Positions 55,381 to 64,000 of a stretch of DNA of 64,000 bases are shown here, piece after piece; positions within the stretch are counted from its first letter, which is position 1; each line of letters opens with the position of its first letter. The DNA is from Bordetella parapertussis (GTDB lineage Bacteria; Pseudomonadota; Gammaproteobacteria; Burkholderiales; Burkholderiaceae_E): positions 2,898-66,897 of the forward strand of contig CAMCXH010000002.1 in assembly GCA_945883285.1 (NCBI GenBank). The letters run 5' to 3'. The translations under genes were made by a program, and so were the position numbers. A model generated the notes under the pieces. The model saw nothing but the letters and a program-made list of their open reading frames with translations, was not told where the DNA came from and searched no databases.

Positions 55381-55408
55381 GCGTGCGGACCTGAGCGTGC
55401 GGACCTGA
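55381..55408. repeat. 14-bp perfect tandem duplication (gcgtgcggacctga x2)
   Basis: Read directly in the 132-bp ureA-ureB spacer. Confidence 0.95.
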
Positions 55409-55436
55409 TGAAACTCCCCGACCTGAAAGCCTCCTC

Positions 55437-55790
55437 ATGATCCCTGGCGAAATGCTGATCGAAGACGGCGACATCGAGCTCAATGCCGGTCGCCCGCGCA
55501 TCGAGATCGTCGTGCGCAATACCGGTGACCGACCGATCCAGGTCGGCTCGCACTATCACTTCTTCGAAACCAATGCGGCCCTCGACTTCGATCGCGAGTC
55601 GGCCCGCGGCCATCGTCTCGATATCGCCTCGGGTACCGCGGTGCGATTCGAGCCGGGCCAGTCCCGCACGGTCGGATTGATCGCGCTGGCCGGCGATCGC
55701 ATCATCTATGGATTTCGCCAGCTGGTGATGGGGCCGCTCGATGCTGCGCCCCCCGCCAAAGCGCGCACCGCAAAAAAGAAGAAGGCCTGA
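55437..55790 (+). CDS. ureB: Urease subunit beta
   Basis: MIPGE....G.IELNAGR....[18 protein letters not shown]. Confidence 0.95.
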   Translation: MIPGEMLIEDGDIELNAGRPRIEIVVRNTGDRPIQVGSHYHFFETNAALDFDRESARGHRLDIASGTAVRFEPGQSRTVGLIALAGDRIIYGFRQLVMGPLDAAPPAKARTAKKKKA

Positions 55791-55792
55791 CC

Positions 55793-57514
<1,722 letters not shown>

Positions 57515-57530
57515 GCAGGCAGCCAAAGCC

Positions 57531-58040
57531 ATGACGCTGATTGTTGCGACATCGATGGCGCCGGCCGCCCGCCCGGTCGACGAGGTGCTTGAGCTCGCCT
57601 TCGAGCAACGCGAGCGATCGCGTTTTCGGGCCGCGCTGCTGTCGGGCGAGGAGATCGGCGTCGATCTGCCACCCGGCACGCTGCTGCGCCACGGCGACCG
57701 CCTGCTGCTGGCAGACGGGCGCATCGTGGCCATCGAAGCCGCCTCCGAGCGCCTGCTCGAGGTCCATGCCCATGATGCGATCGCGCTGGCCCGCATCGCT
57801 TATCACATCGGCAACCGGCATGTTCCGGTCCAGATCGGCGACGGCTTCGTAAGGCTGCTGCCCGACCATGTGCTGCAGGCGATGATCGAGCGGCTTGGCG
57901 GCCATGTGCATGAAGTCAGCGTCGGCTTTCAGCCCGAGTCGGGCGCCTACGGCCACAGCCATGTGCATCATCAGCACGATGATCAGGGCCACGGCGGGCG
58001 TATCCATGTCTTTGATCCTCGCCACGGCGAATCGGCCTGA
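57531..58040 (+). CDS. ureE: Urease accessory protein UreE
   Basis: AYHIGNRH motif and a His-rich tail GHSHVHHQHDDQGHGG. Confidence 0.88.
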   Translation: MTLIVATSMAPAARPVDEVLELAFEQRERSRFRAALLSGEEIGVDLPPGTLLRHGDRLLLADGRIVAIEAASERLLEVHAHDAIALARIAYHIGNRHVPVQIGDGFVRLLPDHVLQAMIERLGGHVHEVSVGFQPESGAYGHSHVHHQHDDQGHGGRIHVFDPRHGESA

Positions 58041-58053
58041 AGCGAGCGCCCTC

Positions 58054-58779
58054 ATGACCCGCCGCAGCGCAGCCTTGCTTCAACTGGCGAGCCCGGCCCT
58101 GCCGATCGGCGGCTACAGCTATTCCACCGGCCTCGAATGGGGCATCGAGAGCGGGCAGGTCAAGGATGAGGCCGGCGCCCGCGAATGGGTGGCCGATGCG
58201 CTGGCCCTCACGATGGCCCGCTTCGATGGCCCGCTGATGCTGGCCGCGCTGCGTCATGCGCGGGCGCTGCATCCGGTTGATGCGCACGATGCGGTCAATA
58301 CAAGCCACAAAGACGATCGCCTCGAGCAGCTAGCCGCGCTCAATGCCAAGGCGATTGCCGCGCGCGAAACCGCCGAGCTGAGGCTCGAGTCGCAGCAGAT
58401 GGGCTATTCGATGGCGCGCTGGTTCGAGGCGGTCTGCCCCGATCCGCGCACCGATTCGCAGCTGATCGCCAGGCTTGCGCCGCTGTCCTTGCCGGTGGCC
58501 TGGGCGGTGGCGGCAGCGCGACTGTCCTTGTCCGACGATGATGCGCTGCTTGGTTTTGTGTGGGCTTTCGCCGAGAATCAGGTGATGGTGCTGATGAAAG
58601 CCATGCCGATGGGTCAGATCGCTGCGCAGCGCCTGTTACGCTCGCTCGGTCCCGAGATTGATCAGGCCATCGATGCTGCCCTGTCTCTGAACGAAGCCGA
58701 CTGGTCGAGCGCTGCGCCCCTGCTGGCGATCGCATCGGCTCGCCACGAAACCCAGTATTCGAGACTTTTCAGATCCTGA
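58054..58779 (+). CDS. ureF: Urease accessory protein UreF
   Basis: [24 protein letters not shown] 58054 chosen; ATG 58006 would overlap ureE. Confidence 0.85.
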   Translation: MTRRSAALLQLASPALPIGGYSYSTGLEWGIESGQVKDEAGAREWVADALALTMARFDGPLMLAALRHARALHPVDAHDAVNTSHKDDRLEQLAALNAKAIAARETAELRLESQQMGYSMARWFEAVCPDPRTDSQLIARLAPLSLPVAWAVAAARLSLSDDDALLGFVWAFAENQVMVLMKAMPMGQIAAQRLLRSLGPEIDQAIDAALSLNEADWSSAAPLLAIASARHETQYSRLFRS

Positions 58780-58783
58780 CACC

Positions 58784-59395
58784 ATGAGCGCACACGGACC
58801 TCTTCGGGTTGGCATCGGCGGGCCGGTCGGCTCGGGCAAGACCGCGCTCACGCTGGCGCTGTGCCGAAGGCTTCGCAGCCGCTACGACATCGCAGCGGTC
58901 ACCAATGACATCTATACCCGCGAGGACGCCGAGTTCCTGGTCAAGAACGATGCGCTGCCCAAGGAGCGCATTCTGGGCGTCGAGACCGGCGGCTGCCCGC
59001 ACACCGCGATCCGCGAAGATGCCTCGATCAACCTCGAAGCGGTCGATCGCCTGTCGCGGGCATTTCCGGGGCTGCAGATCGTCTTCGTCGAATCGGGCGG
59101 CGACAACCTCGCCGCCACGTTTTCGCCCGAACTGTCCGATCTCACCATCTATGTGATCGATGTCGCTGCCGGCGAAAAAATCCCGCGCAAGGGCGGCCCC
59201 GGCATCATGAAGTCGGATCTGCTGGTGATCAACAAGATCGATCTCGCGCCTTATGTCGGCGCCTCGCTCGAGGTCATGGACCGCGATGCACGCGCGATGC
59301 GCGGCGATCGTCCCTTCATTTTTTCCAACATGAAAGAGGGCCTGGGCCTGGACGATATCGTGTCGTTCATCGAGCGCCGCGGCCTGTTTGCCTGA
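58784..59395 (+). CDS. ureG: Urease accessory GTPase UreG
   Basis: [10 protein letters not shown]-loop, ESGGDNL, NKIDL. Confidence 0.95.
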   Translation: MSAHGPLRVGIGGPVGSGKTALTLALCRRLRSRYDIAAVTNDIYTREDAEFLVKNDALPKERILGVETGGCPHTAIREDASINLEAVDRLSRAFPGLQIVFVESGGDNLAATFSPELSDLTIYVIDVAAGEKIPRKGGPGIMKSDLLVINKIDLAPYVGASLEVMDRDARAMRGDRPFIFSNMKEGLGLDDIVSFIERRGLFA

Positions 59396-59461
59396 CCCTG
59401 CGGCTGATATCCATCGCCTTCTCCCATTCTCTCAACCCCTTCCTCGATCACTGATACCGCC

Positions 59462-60115
59462 ATGAGCCACTCTCGCCTTCTTGCTACCGCTGCCGCCGCC
59501 CTGCTCGCAAACCCCCTGTCGGCGCTGGCCCACGACGGACACGGCGCGGGCGGTGCTGCCGCCGGTTTCGCGCATCCCTTCACCGGCCTCGATCATCTGG
59601 TGGCGATCGTTGCCATCGGCGGACTGGCCGGTCTGGTGTCGCGTCGTCACGGGCTTGCCTCGGGCCTCGATCGCACCGCCACGATCTCGTCGTCGGCCCG
59701 TATCGCCATGGCTGCTTTTCTGGGGCTGGCAGCCGGCATCCTGGCCGCAGTGCTGGGTGCGCGCGCGCTGCTTGATCCGCTCGTCGCAGTTGGCCTGGCT
59801 GAGCAGGCGGTGGTGGCTGGCCTGCTGGCGATGGCCGTGATGCTGCTGCGCATCGAACGCCTCAATGTCGCCGCCGTGGGCATCGGCGCCCTGCTCGTGC
59901 TGTTGCCGCATGGTTATCTGCACGGCAATGAAGGCAGCGGCGCGGCGTTTTTCGTCGGCCTGGCCCTGGCAAGCCTTGCGCTGTTTGCGATTGGCTTGTC
60001 AGTCGGGCGCGGTGTCGCCCGACTGCCGCTGGCGCGGGCTCGCAGCGCTCGTCTGCTGATGGCCGGCTCGCTGGCCGCCTGCTCGGGCTGGCTCATGGCA
60101 TTCGGTGCGAGCTGA
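59462..60115 (+). CDS. hupE: HupE/UreJ-family membrane protein (putative Ni transporter)
   Basis: Signal peptide then AHDGHG, FAHPFTGLDHL, and multiple TM segments. Confidence 0.85.
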   Translation: MSHSRLLATAAAALLANPLSALAHDGHGAGGAAAGFAHPFTGLDHLVAIVAIGGLAGLVSRRHGLASGLDRTATISSSARIAMAAFLGLAAGILAAVLGARALLDPLVAVGLAEQAVVAGLLAMAVMLLRIERLNVAAVGIGALLVLLPHGYLHGNEGSGAAFFVGLALASLALFAIGLSVGRGVARLPLARARSARLLMAGSLAACSGWLMAFGAS

Positions 60116-60139
60116 TTTGTCGCCGTCATGCGCTGATTC

Positions 60140-62431
60140 ATGACCGATCCGACCCCGCCCCAGCCCGCAGCCGGATCCCACACCCCGACCGGGCATGCCT
60201 GGCCGGGGTCGATGATTGATGAGATCGAACTGGCGGTTTGGCGCCTCGATCTGAACCACCAGGTCATTGAACTGAACCGCGCGGGGCGGCAATTTTTCGG
60301 GTTGACTAACGCCTGCCCGGTTGAGGCCGACTCGATTGCCAATCTCGATTGGCGCTCGGTGTTTCATCCGGAGGATCTCGAGCAGGCGCAGGCTGCGCTG
60401 CTCGCCAGCACCGAGTCGCTTGAAGAGGTGGCCTGTGACCTCAGGGCTCGGACCACTGCACAGGGTGCCTATCGCTGGTACCGGTTCGGTGTGCGGGCCC
60501 GTCGGCTCGATCTGAACCACCTTGGTTGGACCTGCTTTGCGCGCAATATTCACGACATCTTTCTGGAGCGAGTCTCGCTGCAGCAATCCGACCGCTTGCT
60601 GAAGGTGGCCTTGGGCGTCAGCAATATGGGCAGCTGGCGGCTCGACAAGGGCGCCGCTCGGGTCGAAGTCGATGATTTCTTTCGTGACTTCTGGCAGTTG
60701 CCGGCGAAAGACACTTCGCCGCTGCTGACCGCGGTCATCGAGCGCGTCCATCCGTCCGACCGCAAGCGCTTCAGGCAGGCGAGTGAACAGTCCTGGAAGT
60801 CGGGCATTTTCGACGAGCTGTTTCGCTTGATGTACCCGGACGGAAGTGTCCGGTGGCAGCGGACCGTCGGCGTTCTGACCAACGATTCCGCCAACAGACA
60901 CCCGGTCATGATCGGTGTTACCGCCGATGTCACCGATCGTCAGAAGGTGCGCCAGGAACTGCGTCTGTCGTCGCAGCGTCTGAAGATCGCACTCGATATC
61001 AGCAAGGTGGTGCTCTACACCATGGATCGCGAGCTGCGCTATACCTGGCTGCATTCGGCTGAGGTCAATCTCGACTACATGATCGGCAAGCGCGATGAAG
61101 ACATCCGCGAGAACCCCGCGCAAGTTCAAGAACTGACGGCCTTCAAGCGTTCGGTGCTCGAGAGCGGCGTCGGTGGGCAGCGCTCCTTTGTGCTCGACGT
61201 CGACGGGGAAACGCTGCATTTCGAATCCTCGCTCGAGCCGCTTCGCGATGATGAGGGGCAGATTCGAGGCATCGCCGGGGCGGTCTTCAATACCACCCAA
61301 CGGCGTCGTGCCGAGATCGCGCTGCACGAGTCGAATCAGCGCAAGGACGATTTTCTGGCGGTGCTGTCGCATGAGCTGCGCAATCCGCTGGCACCGATCC
61401 GCAATGCGCTTGCGTTGCTTCGCGAGTCCGACTCGCAGGAGGTCCGCGAGCGCGCCTTGCCGATCATCGAGCGGCAGGTCAGACAGATCGGCCGACTGGT
61501 CGATGACTTGCTCGACGTTTCGCGTCTGACGAACGGCCGCCTCACCTTGCGCCGTGAGCCGGTCGACCTGACCGAATTTCTGAGTTATTTCGGGAAAGCT
61601 CAAGGCCTCGCGCTAGAGACTCGGGGGCAGCGCATCGAGGTCACGCTACCCGACCGTCCGCTGGTCACTGAAGGCGATCGGGGCCGAATCGGGCAGGTGC
61701 TTGTCAATCTGGTCAGCAACGCCTCGAAGTTCTCGCCGCGCGGTGCTGTCATCCTGCTCGATGCCCAGGCCGAGGGACCCGATCTCGTCATTCGTGTTCG
61801 CGACAGCGGCATCGGCTTAGCCCCCGATCAGCTGGAGCGGATCTTCGAGAAATTCGCGCAACTGCCGCGTCATGAAGGCATGACTGATGACGGGCTGGGC
61901 ATCGGTCTGCATCTGGCGCGCGAACTGGTCACGATGCACGGCGGATCAATCGTGGCGCGCAGCGCGGGACTCGGGCGGGGCAGCGAGTTCATCGTGCGAT
62001 TGCCGCTGAGCGAGCGTGATGCCGAGCAGCCGGCGGCCGTGTCGGCGCCGGCGTTGCCTCCTGCCGCATCGAGTGTTCTGGTGGTCGACGACAATCCCGA
62101 CATCACCGAAACCATGACGCTGCTGCTGCAGGCCTGGGGCTATCGCACGCTCAGTGCGACCGACGGTGATGCCGGCCTGGCGCTGGTCGAGGCGCATCGG
62201 CCCGATGTGGTGTTGATGGATATCGGCATGCCCCGCATGGACGGCTACGAGCTGGCACGGCGCATCAGGGCGCTGCCCGGTGGCAACACCATGACACTGG
62301 TTGCGGTGTCGGGCTGGGGGCAGGCGGCCGATCTCGCCCGCAGTCGCGAGGCTGGCATCGACCAGCATCTGCTCAAACCGGTCGATCCGGCCCGCTTGCG
62401 TGAAGTGCTCGAACGCAGTGTCGTAGCGTAA
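60140..62431 (+). CDS. Hybrid sensor histidine kinase / response regulator with multiple PAS domains
   Basis: H-box LSHELRNPLAPI; HATPase N/G boxes (NLVSNASKF, DSGIGL, GLGIGL); C-terminal receiver VLVVDDNPD...VLMDIGMPRMDG...K. Confidence 0.88.
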   Translation: MTDPTPPQPAAGSHTPTGHAWPGSMIDEIELAVWRLDLNHQVIELNRAGRQFFGLTNACPVEADSIANLDWRSVFHPEDLEQAQAALLASTESLEEVACDLRARTTAQGAYRWYRFGVRARRLDLNHLGWTCFARNIHDIFLERVSLQQSDRLLKVALGVSNMGSWRLDKGAARVEVDDFFRDFWQLPAKDTSPLLTAVIERVHPSDRKRFRQASEQSWKSGIFDELFRLMYPDGSVRWQRTVGVLTNDSANRHPVMIGVTADVTDRQKVRQELRLSSQRLKIALDISKVVLYTMDRELRYTWLHSAEVNLDYMIGKRDEDIRENPAQVQELTAFKRSVLESGVGGQRSFVLDVDGETLHFESSLEPLRDDEGQIRGIAGAVFNTTQRRRAEIALHESNQRKDDFLAVLSHELRNPLAPIRNALALLRESDSQEVRERALPIIERQVRQIGRLVDDLLDVSRLTNGRLTLRREPVDLTEFLSYFGKAQGLALETRGQRIEVTLPDRPLVTEGDRGRIGQVLVNLVSNASKFSPRGAVILLDAQAEGPDLVIRVRDSGIGLAPDQLERIFEKFAQLPRHEGMTDDGLGIGLHLARELVTMHGGSIVARSAGLGRGSEFIVRLPLSERDAEQPAAVSAPALPPAASSVLVVDDNPDITETMTLLLQAWGYRTLSATDGDAGLALVEAHRPDVVLMDIGMPRMDGYELARRIRALPGGNTMTLVAVSGWGQAADLARSREAGIDQHLLKPVDPARLREVLERSVVA

Positions 62432-62444
62432 ACCACGAGTATCG

Positions 62445-64000
62445 ATGCCCAATCCTTCTTCCGACGCGTCGAACCCCACAGGCCTGCTCTGGGGCGGTTC
62501 GCTGATCGATGCGATCGAAGTGCCGGTCTGGCGAATCGATGTGAGCTGTCGCATCGTCGAGTTGAACCGTGCGGCGCGACAGTTGTTCCAGCTGCCGGCT
62601 GACCAGCCTGCGACCGATTTCGACTGGCGGGCGATCATTCACCCGGCCCAGCGGGCCGGTGCGCAGGAGGCGCTGGAGGCGGCACGCTCGTCACCCGATG
62701 AAGTGGCCTGCAGGCTTCGGTTCGACATTGCGGGCCGGTATCAGCAGAAGTGGTTTCGCGGCGGATTCCGGGCGCTGCGCGCCGCGGGCGCAGGGCACAT
62801 CGGCTGGTCCTGTTTTGCGAGGGAAAATCACGAGCTGGTTCGCCGATTCGATTTCTTCGAGCAGCGTGAACAGCAACTGAGGTTGGCGCTGGGCACTGGC
62901 GAGATCGGTTTCTGGCGGGTTACGCAGGCGCAGCCCTATCAGATCGATTTCGATGATCAGGTGCGTGCAATGTGGGCCTTTCCTGGCGCACAGACCGGCT
63001 TGCGGATGGCCGACCTTCATTCGCGGATTCATCCTGACGATCGGGATGTCGCCGTGCAGCTCATGACGATGGCATTTCAGTCTGGCTCGGCCGATGGTGT
63101 CTATCGTCTGATGCTGCCCGATGGCAGCATCCGTTCGCATCGCTCACTGTTCCTGCGTACCGTCGATTCATCGACCGGCAATCAGCAGGTCATTGGTGTG
63201 AGCTCCGATATCAGCCCGCGGGAGCAGGCTCGAGACGATCTGCGCGTCTCGGCGCAGCGCCTGCAGATGGCCCTTGCCGCAAGCGGGATGACGCTCTTCA
63301 CCATGGACCGGACGCTGCGTTTCACCTGGGTTCATTCCGCCGATCTCTTGTCCCAGGCGCTGGTTGGCAGCCGTGACGACGAGCGTTCGCTTCGCCCCGA
63401 GATTGCGCAGTCGCTGATGGCGTTCAAGCAGTCGGTGCTCGACAGTGGTATCGGCGGGCGGCGGCTCTACGAGGTGACCGAGGGTGGGCGCACGAGATTT
63501 GTCGAGACCACGATGGCGCCTCAGCGCGATGCCCAGGGGCGGATAGAGGGCCTGGTTGGCGCGTCTTTCGATGTCACCCGGCAGCGCCTGGCCGAAATCG
63601 CAGTTGATGAGTCCGATCGCCGCAAGGAGGATTTCCTGTCGGTGCTGGCCCACGAACTGCGCAACCCGCTGGCACCGATCCGCAATGCGCTCGAGCTTTT
63701 GCGAACGGTCGATATGCCGGCTGTGGCAACTGCGGTCATGCCGGTCTTCGAGCGTCAGGTGGCGCATATGGACCGACTCATTGACGATCTGCTTGATGTC
63801 TCGCGAATCACGACCGGACGCCTGCAGGTGAGGCTCGAGCGGACTGACCTGGTCGAGATCGCACGCCGATCCGCCGATTCGTATCGGCTGGTCGCGCAGG
63901 CCGCGGGCCGGCGCCTGGAGGTTTCTCTGCCCGATGGTGAGCTGATGGTCGATGTCGACCCGGTCCGGATCGCGCAGGTCATCGAAAACCTGCTCAACAA
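62445..64000 (+). CDS. PAS-domain sensor histidine kinase, paralog of the preceding gene; 3' end beyond the window
   Basis: Absent from the ORF track because it is open at the edge. Hand translation from ATG 62445 gives MPNPSSDASNPTGLLWGGSLIDAIEVPVWRIDVSCRIVELNRAARQLF...LAHELRNPLAPIRNALELL..., collinear with 60140-62431. Confidence 0.85.
   Translation, partial: MPNPSSDASNPTGLLWGGSLIDAIEVPVWRIDVSCRIVELNRAARQLFQLPADQPATDFDWRAIIHPAQRAGAQEALEAARSSPDEVACRLRFDIAGRYQQKWFRGGFRALRAAGAGHIGWSCFARENHELVRRFDFFEQREQQLRLALGTGEIGFWRVTQAQPYQIDFDDQVRAMWAFPGAQTGLRMADLHSRIHPDDRDVAVQLMTMAFQSGSADGVYRLMLPDGSIRSHRSLFLRTVDSSTGNQQVIGVSSDISPREQARDDLRVSAQRLQMALAASGMTLFTMDRTLRFTWVHSADLLSQALVGSRDDERSLRPEIAQSLMAFKQSVLDSGIGGRRLYEVTEGGRTRFVETTMAPQRDAQGRIEGLVGASFDVTRQRLAEIAVDESDRRKEDFLSVLAHELRNPLAPIRNALELLRTVDMPAVATAVMPVFERQVAHMDRLIDDLLDVSRITTGRLQVRLERTDLVEIARRSADSYRLVAQAAGRRLEVSLPDGELMVDVDPVRIAQVIENLLN

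Overview
This is a high-GC, densely coding chromosomal segment. No GC values were computed. Gene content and synteny look like Betaproteobacteria/Burkholderiales: ilvE-zf-waaF, glnE-yhdP-nitrilase-tldD, and ureDABCEFG-hupE. This placement is inference only.

I call about 60 protein genes. I saw no rRNA, tRNA, CRISPR array, transposase, integrase or phage gene.

The ORF track treats TTG/GTG as M and over-extends many N-termini, so I re-picked starts where an internal ATG/GTG fits family N-termini or gene junctions. Two edge-truncated genes are missing from the track and were hand-translated: a CoA-transferase at 1-783 (-) and a second PAS histidine kinase at 62445-64000 (+).

Gene content by region:
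- 0-3.7 kb: CoA-thioester metabolism.
- 3.6-8 kb: a HiPIP / FeS-type (6-4) photolyase / photolyase-like operon with a divergent MerR regulator.
- 8-17 kb: housekeeping genes (moaC, M48 protease, waaF, ilvE, azlCD).
- 17.3-28.4 kb: a nucleotide-heptose tailoring locus.
- 28.5-44 kb: a chromate transporter pair, argC, glnE, yhdP, tldD, an M81 peptidase and a DAHP synthase.
- 46-51.5 kb: ureide/amide catabolism.
- 54-60 kb: a complete urease cluster.
- 60-64 kb: two tandem paralogous PAS hybrid histidine kinases.

The best candidate for something undescribed is the 17.3-28.4 kb locus. It joins a full GDP-glycero-manno-heptose pathway to five tailoring functions and two unassignable glycosyltransferase-like proteins:
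- a ColD-type (Lys->His) 3-dehydratase
- a miniature split TPP E1alpha/beta pair
- a B12-radical-SAM enzyme
- a SAM methyltransferase
- an SDR

This predicts a 3-deoxy, C2-branched, methylated higher-carbon sugar.

Secondary observations:
- an apparently domain-permuted photolyase homolog
- a possible aromatic-codon leader plus terminator upstream of the DAHP synthase
- a recurring pattern of perfect 7-14 bp tandem microduplications
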